DNA of 64,000 nucleotides, from positions 248,001 to 312,000 of the forward strand of contig JALDZX010000004.1 of NCBI GenBank assembly GCA_022813865.1, in the 5' to 3' direction. Below, in pieces: positions 1 through 12,331 of this stretch; position 1 is the stretch's first letter, and every line of letters starts with the position of its first letter. The position numbers and the translations under genes were made by a program. The notes below the pieces were generated by a model that saw only the letters and a list, made by a program, of their open reading frames with translations, made no database searches and was not told the DNA's origin. This DNA comes from Xylographa opegraphella (taxonomy: Eukaryota).

Positions 1-1288
1 AATACCGTTGCTTTTCCTCAACGACGCTTTCCGCTGGTGAAAATCTCTGCGGTGTTCATCGACCGGCCCACCGGCTCGGCAGCAGCGAGTGTAGGTCTGT
101 ATTCGAATTTGACAAAGTCCGCTGTGTCATAGAATTGGCACGGAGTTCAACACGATGGGTTGGGCGGAGTCCACGATGTGCCGCACGTAAGCGAGCGGAG
201 CCATGATGGCATGGAACGTACGGAGTTTCGAAGTAGCAGATCCGGGGTAACCCAGCGATGCAAAAAAGGCAAAACGACGGTAAACTCGGTGGAGGATATA
301 GGTTTAAGCAAGCTATTGGTTCCCATCATCACGGCCTATTTCTATCAGATAGGCTGAGGACGAGAGTGTTTGTCTCGCGCTACAGAGTACCGGCCTCGTG
401 GTTAGCTGGACAGCTGTCATCCAGAGAACAAACAAGTAACGGTGATTTCCCTTCTCCTGCTGTAGGCATCCCGACCGCGAAGGTGAAGGTACAGTGTAAG
501 GTAGGCCCCAACGATGCACGGACGTCATCGGCCGATTCCGCGTGGTCTTGCCGCATCGGACGTAGGGCCACGTTCCCGAGTTTCATAGGCCAAGACGCTA
601 CACCCGAATCCTCTCCGGAAGATCCATCTTGTAGAGTAAGATTTATGTAACCACCGACAGCACGCACGCCTGTCCCACCTGCCCCATTCAGCGCTTGATC
701 AATCTGGTGCCGGAAATTCCTCCGAGCCCCAGCTCCAAAAGCGCATGGTTACGAAAGTTGTACCAGGACCAATTTCTAGTACTGTGCTACTATCAGAGGT
801 GAAAAAGCCGTGATAAGTAGGTAAGGTAGGTGGCCTACTCGGGTGCATGACGCTCGCGGCTGCAGCGCCCAACCAGCATGTGTCGTGTGCCTTTGCTTCT
901 TATCTCTGGCCGAACTTGTCGGGCGGACGCCTGCGCTCTCGTAGGCTGCGCTCGGCTTACCTGATACGCTATTGTGTCACCTTACTTATCTTGGCTGCGA
1001 AAGGGCAAACTCCTTCGTCTCGCTGGAGGCAGAAAGTCCGTGCGACCTTCCTCGACCGCTCCTTCAGTCGCCCGCCGACTCCATTGCCATCACGACAGTG
1101 ACCGCCATTCTCACATTTCCCTTCAAAAGATGCGCACTCTTGCGGTCCATACCAAAGTCTCGCACCGTATGTGCCAAGATAAGCGTCCACACAGGGCCGC
1201 ACGACTCGAGGACCGTCATCCGAGGACACTGGTGATGAGACGATAGGCCAGTTGAAAAGAAATATATTGCATTCATTTCATCGAAGAC

Positions 1289-2725
1289 ATGATGGTGCCA
1301 CGGGCCTACCACTATGCCACTCCGCTGCCCGTCCGATCGCCGACACAAGATGAGAAGAGAGGGACAGTAGAAGGACGACGTGTCAAAACAGAAGGGACGA
1401 AAAAAACACAAGTCTCGAGGCCCACGATACCGGTGAAGATGGCTGCAGCCCCTCCGCCTCCGGTCACGGCTTCAAGACCGGTGATAATTCCTACCCGTAG
1501 TCAAAGTCCGCGGCTACGGTCTCGCCGGGAGTCTGGCATCGTGGTTCGGGAAGAGCGGGACGATAATGGTCCCCTTCATGACATGGATGCCGTATCGCCA
1601 TCAATGGCGGCCTTACTCGCCATGACCTCGATGCCCGAGAGCAAGAGCCTGGCGTCTCGTCGTTTGAAGTCTGGCCGATCCAGAAGGGTTTCCGACCTCC
1701 AATCATTGGAAGGTACACGGAAAGATCAAACGCGGCCGCCGTTGTCGAGCTCAAGTCCGCAATCCTGGGAACTCCTGCAGAGTCCCCCTCAAGACTCGGA
1801 TACTGACAATTGGAGTATTGGCAGTGATAGCACTGTAGCTCCCCTATCCTCTTTTCGTTCCCTGTCAAGCGAGTCCATGCCGTCTCTCGACATCGATCTC
1901 GAATCGCCGCAGTCAGCAAGCCAAGTTTCTACGCCCGGAAAGCGCGTTGGAAGGCGTGACCGACGAGGCAAATCCCTCTCCGAGTCACTTGTGGAAGACT
2001 GTGGTCTAGATCATCCCTTGTTGCCCTCGCATCAAGGCCCAAGATCATACAACGCCAGTCATGCTCAGGCCAACGATATGGAGCTTGTCGCTCCAAATGT
2101 TAGCATGCCAGTCACGCCATCACGATTTTCCTTCAAATCGAATCTCACAGCATCTCTCCGAGTGCTCAAATCTGCTGCACAATCATTTTCTAACATGGCC
2201 GTGCAACGGGATGAGTTCTTGACTCGATCTATACTCTCACTATCTCCTCAATATACCGATGAAAGACGGCCTATCCTGTCAGATGACATTCCCGATCCAG
2301 CGTTACGGCGGTATCTGAATCCGATCACCGCTTCACCTTCCGAATTACACTTTCATCTCAATCATAGACCGGGTCAGAGACTAGAAGAGCGTATATCAGC
2401 TTCCATTCAGTTACAGACATATCAAAGACCTGTCACGCCATCAAAGAACGCGACATCTCCTCCAATCTTCATGCCCAGCTCGAAAGATGCATTTGCGAAT
2501 GACGCTTTGGTCGAAGCGCATTCATCGTCGCGTCAGCGGGAACCACGAGAAAACAGCGACTTCCTGCGAGTGATCGTTCTTGAGATGAATATGCGCAAGG
2601 CTGGTAAACTCAACGAGGCAGCGACGGGAAGGGCGCGGATATGGCTACCGCCGAGGCAAATAGGCAGACAGCAGGACCTCGGCGGGAAAGGGGTACCCAG
2701 GCGATGGGTTGGAGTTGTGGAATGA
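1289..2725 (+). CDS. Conserved hypothetical fungal protein, S/P-rich (true start may be the ATG at 1439)
   Basis: Uninterrupted 478-aa ORF. The C-terminal block REPRENSDFLRVIVLEMNMRKAGKL...ARIWLPPR looks conserved. No function recognised. Confidence 0.75.
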   Translation: MMVPRAYHYATPLPVRSPTQDEKRGTVEGRRVKTEGTKKTQVSRPTIPVKMAAAPPPPVTASRPVIIPTRSQSPRLRSRRESGIVVREERDDNGPLHDMDAVSPSMAALLAMTSMPESKSLASRRLKSGRSRRVSDLQSLEGTRKDQTRPPLSSSSPQSWELLQSPPQDSDTDNWSIGSDSTVAPLSSFRSLSSESMPSLDIDLESPQSASQVSTPGKRVGRRDRRGKSLSESLVEDCGLDHPLLPSHQGPRSYNASHAQANDMELVAPNVSMPVTPSRFSFKSNLTASLRVLKSAAQSFSNMAVQRDEFLTRSILSLSPQYTDERRPILSDDIPDPALRRYLNPITASPSELHFHLNHRPGQRLEERISASIQLQTYQRPVTPSKNATSPPIFMPSSKDAFANDALVEAHSSSRQREPRENSDFLRVIVLEMNMRKAGKLNEAATGRARIWLPPRQIGRQQDLGGKGVPRRWVGVVE

Positions 2726-3848
2726 TGAGGAGAAAGATCGTGCACCTCGTTTTTCAGATGGACTTTCAGGAAGAGGAGTACAGGCCGTCAACGTCCATGT
2801 CGATGTAGGACCAGCTCTTCTTACTTCATCGCTATGTTCTGTCAAAGGCTGTCTCTTCTGTGGAACCGAGCTGAGTTATTTGGAGGACCATAACTACTTG
2901 TAGTTTACACAAGGTTGGCCGGAGGGGTTTATCAACAAATCCCTCAAGAACGATGAACGCCATGCGGAGGAAAATCCGTTTCTGTCGAATGGCAGCAGGA
3001 TACACGTTCCAGATATGGCTTTCACAGCTTCCCCTCATCATCACCCCCCGAATCATGCATCGGTGCAGAGGGAGGTCTGCATTGCATGCCAAGATCGAAT
3101 CGGACCGCGTCACGAGACTCGCTTATGCAGCCGATGCTCGGAGCTTGGCTTCGATTCTTCGGGTCACGGTGGTGTGATATTTTCACATATGCCAGCATTC
3201 ACGAACCGTGTGACATTATCCATGGTGTTGCCCATTCCGGTAATCCAGTCTCAGGATCAACTACTGCGGCACTGACACCAACCAGTCATCAGAGTATACG
3301 TGGACAGGACGATCAAGATGTTTCCTCTCCACAGGGCTTTCCAAGAGAGCTTCAATACTATGCAATGACTCGTGCAAACGTGCACACCTCGACTGCGATA
3401 TTTTCGGAACTGTACGAGGCTCCGATGCAGGAGGTGGCAAAAGAAAGAGGAGAACATAACGGGAGCACTACAACATTGAAGCAAGTTAACAGCACTGCGT
3501 GTGAGGAGGACCCGTATAAGCTAGTATCTCCTCGCGCGCGAGACTGCGAAGGAAGCTCGCATGATACGGTCAACGCACACTGTCCAAAACACCTTATAAA
3601 TACTATTGAACATCAATACACAAGTGATACCAACTCCTCCTCCTCTCATCTGCCCTCTATCCCGAACACCCCAGCTACGCGGTCCCTCAAGCACCACTGG
3701 CTCGGCACTTCCCCCATCCCCTCCCACGCACCCCTCTCCCTCTCCGCTGAGTACCCTACCCTACCTACATATTGACCCCCTGTAACCACACCACTCTCCC
3801 CCCACCCACCCTATCGCCCCTTCTGCCCTGCACCTCCGATCCCACCGG

Positions 3849-4760
3849 TCATGCCATCGCCCTCAGCCTGCCAACGGCTCGGCATCGTCCACCCGTCCCT
3901 ACTCTTCGACGCCCCCTTCCTCGACCCACTGGGTTCCAGACCACCAACCCGCCGCCCCAACCTACCATCCCAACCCAGACCCCCAATCGCACACACCAAC
4001 GCCCACCTATAAACCCCGTAACAGCAAAGATGGATTCCCCAAACCAGCCGACTGGGGCAACCCGCGCGCGAGCAGACGTCCGCGCCCAGGCTAGGGGACC
4101 GAAGCGGCGAAGTGGGCGCTGCTGGGGGTCTGTGGACGTGATGATAGGGCGCAGTGGCTGGTGGGCAATGGGGGGGAGGCGGAAGTGCTTCTTCACATGC
4201 TCTGCTCGGGGGGCGCCATTGAGAAAGGAGACTTTCTGGCTTGCGGCTTTGCGGATATTAGATGTAGCACCTAAGGGTCTCCGTCGTGGGAGCATATGGA
4301 GCGCCGCTCGCGTTCCGGGGGATCGGCGAGTGAGGGTGAAGTGGATGGCGGGAAGAGGAAAGCAGAGTGGGATCGAGCGTGCGGCAAGCTTCTCACGGGT
4401 TTGGGGAGCGGGGGAAAAGGTGATTAGGCTTGAGAAGGGGAAGGGAAGCAGAGGCCCTGCTCGGAAGGTGAAGGGGACCCTCGACATGAAGGCTAGCCGC
4501 GCGGGTATTTCCCCCGATAGAGACCACGAAGCGAGATCAGGGTTCATGGCGTCTGCGTATAGGGAAAGGTCCGTGAACTCCGAGACGGAAAGCGGACGGA
4601 TATATGTGCCGCCGGTGCAATAGTACTGGTCGCGTAGTTAGTGAATAACGATCACACGAGGACGCTATCTGGTAAACAAGCGTAGATTTCGAAACACCAT
4701 CATGAAAGGTGCTGCTGCCTCTATCTGCCCACCAATAAAGAAACGCTTGTAGGCAATCAT
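3849..4760 (-). CDS. Possible orphan protein-coding gene (2 exons?)
   Basis: The 3849..4547 minus ORF extends upstream in frame to 4625. A 72-nt candidate intron 4697..4626 (weak GTGTTT donor, CACTAAC branch, CAG) would join it to MIAYKRFFIGGQIEAAAPFMM. No family recognised, and a competing + ORF exists. Confidence 0.3.
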
Positions 4761-5000
4761 GATGCCTGTGATAGTGAACCAATATGAGTCGATGTGCTTC
4801 TGTCTTTCATGCCTTCCTGCATGCTGTACAGAAGGATCAACGAGAACGCCTGCTTGGTGTGTATGCATCTACAATCTTTCTGTGAAAGAAGAGCCTCTGC
4901 AGGGGTACTACCTCAACGCCATGCAGGAACGGACCAGATCGCTATGGAGGAACCAAGGAACAAAGGAAATCTTTGCATAACACCGCAGAGGTGTATGTGT

Positions 5001-7000
5001 TTACCCTTCAACGAGTGTTTGTCTCTCACGATTCAACAACTGCAGTGATCGCCGCGCTAACGCTACCACTTCAGCTTCTCCGTCATCGCCATCTTCATTG
5101 TCGGATTCGATATTCTGCTCTGAAATGGTGCGGATCATCTGGATTACGTCTTCTGATTTACTGATGAGGCTGACCAGTCGTTTGTCTTCGGATTCCAGAA
5201 GTTGGAGAAGCGTCCAGATGGCGATATGCTGAAAAGTTGAGTCTCCGCTAGCCAGGAAGCGGTTGAGGTATCCATGAATGCCACCGTTTGGTTCCGTCCA
5301 ATTCTGCACGAAGATTGAGTAATCACCAACTGAGATGACTATTAGTACGATGCATATAAGCAAGCAGAAACATCAATACCTTTTGAAGAAAGATTCCCCA
5401 AAGCTGCTGCGCTATTTCCTTGCACTTCGATTGATTCTGAATCGGTGAGAGGGATGAGCACGTCGAACACCCCCAGATTGAGGAGATGCGACTTCAACTC
5501 ATCACTCAACGCCAGTACTGCGATCGCGGCGGTCATCTCCGATTGCACACTTAGTGGTACTCCAAGTACCAGTTCTTTGCACTTCTGTACAGCTCCAGCT
5601 TCTAGCACCAACTGTTTATTACGATCAGAACTTGCCGCAAGATTGCGGAGAGTTGAGATAGCATGGCACTGAATTTCTTCATTGTCGGTTGATCCCAATA
5701 ACTCCACCAGCGGCTTCAGAAACCCAGCATCGATGATGGGTGACTCGTTCAGGGGATGAATAGAAATGTTACGAATACACGCAACAGCGGACAAAATAAG
5801 AGGAAGATACGAAGATTGAAGCAACCGAAGCAGCGGAGCCAACCCTTTCGATTTGACTATTTCCAGCTGATATTTCTCATCAGAGGCAAGATTTCGAAGT
5901 GCGAGAGCCGACTGGCATTGAACCTTAGGCGAGGAAGAATCCATCAAGTGTACGAGAGATTGCACGAGTCGAGGTTCTGTTTGAGCAAGCCTCTTACGAT
6001 TGCCAGCATCTACGGCGATATTACTCAATGCTGTTGTGCAGTAATACTGTACGTCGACATCTGAGGAAGTAAGAAGTTGTACGAGGACCGGAATAGCGCC
6101 GGCATTAACGAGCTGTACCCGGTTGTCATCTGTGACTGTTAGTAATTGCCACGCCAATCTCCTCGAGCGATGACCAACCAGAATGGGTCATGTTAAGAAG
6201 TGCTCCCGTAGCATTCCGCTGGACTCGCATATCTTTCGATTTGGCTAGCCTTGTCAATGGACCGAGTGCCCCTGACCTGGCAATCTTGGCTTTATTGTCT
6301 TCGTGTGTAGCAAGGTTGGTGATGCAGCCGACGGCATTGCACTGAACCTCTACATTCGGAGACATCATCTGCTTGATCAGCGGAGATAAGCCGCCAAGCA
6401 AGACGATTTGCACTTTGTTCTCGGCTAACCAAGGCGTCAGTTTTGTTCTTGATCAGAGAGAAAAAATGCCAACTGTTGACGGCCAGATTTCCCAATGCTG
6501 CGCTAGCAGCTCGCTGTACTTCGACATCTGAACTTTGAAGAAGGAATAGGATTGGCTCGAGAGTCTCTCGACCGACTTCGCGAACATCTGTCATGTCGTT
6601 GGTCAGCGATCTGCCTTATCTAGAAGGGTGTGCTATGATGACAGACCTCGCTCAGTAATTTCAGCAAATGTCAGACTCGCGCTCCGCTGAAGGTCGACGT
6701 TCTCGGAATAGACCAAAGTACTGAGCGACTGCAGCGGTTCTCCAGAGAAAAAATCTGTCTCGCCACGCTGATAATTGGTTAGTATCAAGGTAAGATACCA
6801 TTCGGAATTATGGAGAGTCGGAAGCACTCACGTTCTCGAGATACTGGAGCAAATCCGCAACTGCTTCGCGCTCACTATCGGCAAGGGCAGGTTCGTACAA
6901 TCCATCCTTCGAACGAGCTAGTAAAGAAGTCAGTAAATGCCTGGCAGTGTTGACATTCTGAACTGTGCTTACTCTGGCAACAAGATGAACAGATACCCAT
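5001..7000 (-). CDS. vac8: Vacuolar protein 8, armadillo-repeat protein (multi-exon)
   Basis: Exon 1 (7000..6973) encodes MGICSSCCQ, a myristoyl/palmitoyl motif, followed by a GTAAGC donor. Later exons give ARM repeats ([65 protein letters not shown]). Stop TAA at 5003..5001. Confidence 0.97.
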
Positions 7001-7849
7001 TGTAGTGTCTGGTGCCCGGATGACGTTTTACGATTGAGTCTGTGAGCTGTTGTATCAGTACATTTGGGGTCTAATACTGCTGCGTTAACAGAATAGCCGA
7101 AGGCTGTATGATCGGATGGAGAAGCTCTTGCTCTATCAGCATCGTTGAGAGCTTGGGGTGTCTGGTGATTGCAACTCAAACGCGGGTTTACTTTCATGGA
7201 CGAACACATGCAAGCCCGACACAGCTACTGCGCTTTACTGGATGGCGTTAGCGCCACAACCACAGTTGCGAGAAGCTAAGCGAATATAAGAACTTCCCAC
7301 AAGCCACCAGAGGAAATGGTTTCGTTCTGGAATATGAACCATGGTTTGCCGGCTACGAACGTATTATTATGCATGGGAATTTCTGGTGAAAATGACCATT
7401 GATGGATGTCAATGGCTGTCGAGTCGGAACAACCACAGGAGGCGGCAGCCACGTACTCAATCGTGATACGGCAGATATTTGACGGCTCACTACCTATCAG
7501 ACTTCTCTAGTGACAGTCATTGCTACGCGAGCTAGCCATGCGCTGTTCGTTTGCTTTACGATGTTCTTGCTTTTCTTGATACTTTCGATTGGCATCGGCT
7601 GTGCCACTCCGTTTCGTAATGCTTCCCAAGGGCGCTTGAACCTTGTCAGCGCTAAAGTGTCGTCCCGGCACAGCCTTGTCCCACGGGTGGACCGGGTGGA
7701 GACCGGAGGAATGGCATAAGTAATGTGTATTGAGACTGTACTTTTGTTTCTATATTGCTTGGATATATACGACTTTATTGTACGAGTATCTTGTATAGTT
7801 ATTCTTGCCCAACTCCGCCAGCGCTCAGGAGAACCGTTCAACGTACACT

Positions 7850-10070
7850 ATGGGTGTAAGCAGCCGTATTCGTTTTGACCCCTCTACACCCCACTAACCC
7901 GCTATTATTCGTCATCGTCATCGCATGTCTGATCAATCCAATACAGCTTGCATCGAAACTCGCTGCTTCGCAAGGGGGAGGAGGATATCCGCCGCCACCT
8001 GGTGGTGGTGCTCAACAGGGCGGATATCCCCCACAATTACAGCCAGGGCAGAAGCCTGGCGGACCAGGTGCATACGTTAGTCGTCTGGAATGTCCAATGG
8101 CTTACGTCGTGTGTGCTAAAACTTCCTTCAGCCAGGTCAGAGCCAATATCAGGCTTATCCTGGGACTAATCCGGTAAGCAAACCCATATCCTCTTTCGTC
8201 TCATCCTCGTATCCCACAATTTCTTGACCGAGCATCCCCTCGCATCGACATCGACGTTCTGTTCAAATTATGACGTTTCGTCCTCCTCAGCCATACTCTG
8301 GCCAACCGAATTTCCAGCCTTCGCAGCCTCCATACCCAATTCAATCGTCCCAAATGCCGTATCCACAGACGGCGCAGTCGCCGTACCCACTGTACAATAC
8401 TCCACCAACCTATGGCCAGCAATCGCAATATAGCCCACAGAATAACTATCCATCAACAGGGCCCCCCCTACCACCGCGGGCTGGCCAGTACGGAGGCCAT
8501 ACCCAGCAGTATCCGCCAGTTCCGTATACTCAGAACTCTGGCTATACATATGTTTGTTCAGATGCCTCACAAATACCGGGATATTTCTATAAGTTATTAT
8601 GCTAATTCGTGTCCGGAATCAGGGGCAATCCGGACAGTATCCTCCGCAACAACCAGGCGGTTATGGTCAACCTGGTGGACCACCGGGTGGACAATATGGA
8701 GCGCCCCCACCGCAGCAGGGTAGACCCCAACAAGCTGGGCCTTACAGGCAGCTTATCCAAAGCTGTATTCAAGAGAACCATTTGCAGACTTTGTATCCAC
8801 CAAATGATCCTCGTCTCGACATGTATGCAAACAAGGCCACAACCCAGGTAGAACAACTGTGTCAAAAATGGAGAGTCCCTAGGGAGGTCGGCCAGGACAT
8901 TGTCAAACTCGCTCTATACGATTTGATCATCTTTGTTGGTATGTAGAGATGACACCGTTGTTGTTTACAAGGCTTACTTGCATAAGATAACAGCGGCTCG
9001 ATGGAATTTGAGGACGGTGGAGAACGTAAAAAGGATCTTCAACTCATTCTTTCTCGGGTCGCTTACGCTGCTTCTCTATTTGACGATGATGGTATTCAAG
9101 TTCGATTTATGAATGCCGCTGAGGCGCAAATTGACCCGGGAAGGTTGAACGGCATCCGGACCGAAGAGCAAGCCGAAGCTCTTGTTATGCATGCAAAATA
9201 TAGAGGACTCACTCCTCTTGGAACGCAACTCAGAGCACAGGTAATTGAACCGTTGGTTGTTCAGCCAGCTCGAACCGGCCAGTTGAGGAAGCCGGTCCTC
9301 GTAATAGTTATTACAGATGGTCAACCTGCTGGTGAACCACCTAAGGCTTTAGAGGAGGCACTTCGGTACACTGCTACCGAACTTTCCAGAATACCACAAG
9401 TTGGAAAACACGCCTGTGCTTTCCAATTTGCACAAGTTGGTAATGATCAAGGGGCTAGGGCATTCCTCTCAAGTCTGGACGAACAGCGAGAATTTGGAGA
9501 TATTGTTGACTGTACATCAAGTAAGAACACATGAATTGAACGGACTGGGAAAAATTATGCTGATTCTGTCGCAGATTTCGAAAACGAACAAGAAGAGATG
9601 ATGCATGCCAACCCACCTGTGGAACTGACTCCCGATCTTTGGGTATGTTTCCCTGCGGGCTATATCACCTAATAGACATTAATTTTATGCAGCTTGTCAA
9701 ATTGCTCCTAGGTGCCATAGACAGTTCGTATGATAAACAGGACGAACAGACACAGGCACAACAAGGTTACGGTGCGCCTCCGGCGGGTGGTTATGGCCAG
9801 CAGGGCGGCTATGGTCAGCCGCCCCAGCAAGGCTATGGTCAACCGCCACAGCAACAGGGTTATGGCCAACAAGCACAACAAGGTTACGGGCGACCTCCGC
9901 AACCTCAACAGGGATATGGTCAACCCCCACAGCCTGGCTATGGCCAGCCCCAGCAAGGTTATGGTCAACCTCCTCAGCAGGGATATGGACGTCCACCACC
10001 TCCAAACCCGCAGGGCAGTGGGTATCCGCAGCAAGGCTACGGTGCTCCCCCACCGCCGCCGAGGTACTAG
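7850..10070 (+). CDS. vWA-domain protein with Q/G/Y/P-rich N- and C-termini (RfeF-like)
   Basis: ATG GGT micro-exon at 7850 plus a GTAAGC intron gives [11 protein letters not shown]. Central vWA motifs: spliced [36 protein letters not shown]-terminal QQGYGQPP repeats. Stop TAG at 10068..10070. Confidence 0.88.
9755..10045 (+). repeat. Coding tandem repeat, (Q)QGYGQPP-type units
   Basis: Roughly ten degenerate GGT/GGC-TAT-GGT-CAA-CC units in the last exon of the vWA gene. Confidence 0.85.
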
Positions 10071-10814
10071 AGGGCTACGACTCTGAGATGAGTGGCATAC
10101 TCGGGCAAATATAGCAAGCCTGTGGGCTTCCGTCCTTCATTATGCCTATTTCAACGTACCGCTATTAATTTTATATATGATTTATCTTTTCAAGAGAAAC
10201 TAGTTTCTTGTGAATTGGAGTAGTTTACAGTACCGAGATAGGAGGACACGACGTACGATAGTACATTAGTCATAACGTTATTTACGTACTAGAAAGGCCC
10301 TCAAATATCAAAAAGTCATATCTACATTTACTCGAAATGTGCTGGCCCATTACCATTCCAGTATTATCAACAGACAGTTGTATGCGAGTTATCGCTCTGT
10401 GTTGCTTGTGCGGTCTGTATATTCCGCGTGACGTCATACTCTAAAGCGTAGGTAGACATCAAAATGTAGCTTCCGCGGTCAGCTCCAACACTGTTAACAG
10501 CCAACCGTGGTGGCTTCCATGGATTGACCAGAAGACGGCCACTATTATTCACAAAACGATACATTCCAGGGCACCGCGCCTTCCTACCTATGCAACACCT
10601 CGCCACCCCGGCCCCGCCCCTCCAAGTCATGACGTCCTATCCACGCTGACCTCCTACCTACCCTACCCACCTACATACTCATCCCCCCTCCCGCTCCCCA
10701 TCCTCTACTCCTACTCAACCACCACCAATTCTCCCCGAACCAGCCCATCCCCCCCCATCATTCAACCCAACCACCAAACCCTATCATCCAAAACCTCCCA
10801 ACCCCATACCCACA

Positions 10815-11344
10815 ATGCTCCGCACCCTCCTATCCCGCTCCCCAGCGCGCCCCTCCCCCTTCCCGCTCCGCAGCCTCGCAGCACCGAACACGACACCGCG
10901 CCGCTCGCTAGCGGACAAGAACCCCGTGCACGACGCGGCTGAGAAGGCGGGCGCGCAGAAGGCGACGAGTCCGAAGGTACCCCCGGTCCCCCCCCCCCCC
11001 AACACACGCAAGCAAGCAAGCAAACCCACTAACCCCCCCCCTTCTCACACCAGAACCCATCGACATTCTCCTCCGCCGGCGCGGTCGGCAAGCAGTTTAA
11101 CCGTGAGTTCCATCCCGTGCATGTGTTCGTTGCGTGGGGATGGGGGTGTGAGTGGGAGTTCGAATAGGAGAGTGGCTGACTGGTGCGGGGTGTAGCGGAC
11201 GGAGCGGTAGGCAAAGTGGCGGAGGAGGTGGGCGGCCCGTTCTCGAAGGATGGGGCCGTGGGCAGCCAGTTCGATGCTGCGAAGGGGGGGGTTGCGGGCA
11301 CGGTGGAGAAGGCGGTTGATGGGCCGAGTCAGGCGAAGAAGTGA
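10815..11344 (+). CDS. Small Gly/Ala/Lys-rich protein with an R/S/L-rich, mitochondrial-targeting-like N-terminus (3 exons)
   Basis: Introns GTACCC..ACTAAC..CAG and GTGAGT..GCTGAC..TAG join to give MLRTLLSRS...SPK-NPSTFSSAGAVGKQFN-PDGAVGKVAEEVGGPFSKDGAVGSQFDAAKGGVAGTVEKAVDGPSQAKK*. The GAVG(K/S)QF motif occurs twice. Confidence 0.8.
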
Positions 11345-11701
11345 AGAGGAGGGGAGGGAGGGTGTTTGAAAAGGGAGGGGGTGAGAGGGAGCATGAGCTG
11401 GAGGGGAATTTGATGGGATTGTACTCGGTTGACGAGAGGTGCATGGGTGAGGAGAGGCTGTGCATATGGTCTTGTGTGCGTTGAAACTTCGACCACTTGT
11501 GGAGTCTATAGACTGGTCGTGTTCTATGCTGCTTGCTGAACGTATAATGTACATGGTGAAAGAAGCATGCCTGCAGTCCTGTTCAACAGTTTCCGCAGCA
11601 AAACGCTCATATTCCCACCCAACTGCTCCCTTACAATCGTCCTCGTCGTTTCCCAAAATCATCATCCTGGGCCTCAAGCATACCAAGTCTCCAATACCAC
11701 A

Positions 11702-12331
11702 TCAGACGATGAGTATAGCTCCCAGCAACACCATCGCACACGCACTCGATACCCAGCCGACCTCTTTCCCGACCCTCAGACTCACACCCGCACTGGACGC
11801 CTCATTAGTTTTCACCACCCCGATCGCTCCGGTCAGGGTACCCATCCCGACACTCCCCACCGAGGCGGTCGGGCCTTGGTCCAAAGGCGTCACGAACTTC
11901 TGCACGTACGTCACCGGCAGATTGCTCACGTAGTATATCGTGGTCGGAGACAGCTGGCCAGGCACAGGCAGTGGTGCGGCGCCGGGCCCACCACCCAGAG
12001 CGACGCCGGCCTGGCGCGCGTTGATTTCCGACGTGTCTTCCATCGGTTGCTGCAGGTTGGAGATGAAGTCGTTGAGGGAGCCGCCAAAGGGGAGTTTGGG
12101 TGGGAAGAGTAGGTTGGGAGATTGTGGTTGTGGGGCGGGTGGTAGTTCTGGAGTCGAGGCTGGCTGGGAAGCCGTGGCCGGGCTTGGTTGTGGGATGGAT
12201 GTGATGGTTGGTTGAGAGTAGATTGGTGTGTTTGTGGTGGAGGTGAGAGCGTTGTGTCGAGTTACTGAAATCGGGGAGAGCGCTTGGATGAGGGAGGGGA
12301 GAAGGATGCTGGCCACTATCGAAGGCCGCAT
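11702..12331 (-). CDS. Secreted S/T/P-rich protein, probably GPI-anchored
   Basis: 209-aa ORF with signal peptide MRPSIVASILLPSLIQA, a S/T/P-rich middle, and a hydrophobic C-terminus (ACAMVLLGAILIV) after small residues (EASSAG). Confidence 0.78.
   Translation of the reverse strand: MRPSIVASILLPSLIQALSPISVTRHNALTSTTNTPIYSQPTITSIPQPSPATASQPASTPELPPAPQPQSPNLLFPPKLPFGGSLNDFISNLQQPMEDTSEINARQAGVALGGGPGAAPLPVPGQLSPTTIYYVSNLPVTYVQKFVTPLDQGPTASVGSVGMGTLTGAIGVVKTNEASSAGVSLRVGKEVGWVSSACAMVLLGAILIV

Noticed and set aside
1..1250. Several 60-130 aa ORFs on both strands
   Set aside because: No coherent frame, motif or splice model. Probably promoter/UTR for the 1289 gene and a gene outside the window.
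3086..3775. 229-aa + ORF
   Set aside because: No recognisable domain; its 3' part is just the C-rich flank of the skew island.
11702..12331. Secreted protein as RiPP precursor for the DUF3328 enzyme
   Set aside because: No repeated cores or KR sites, a GPI-like tail, and 40 kb away.
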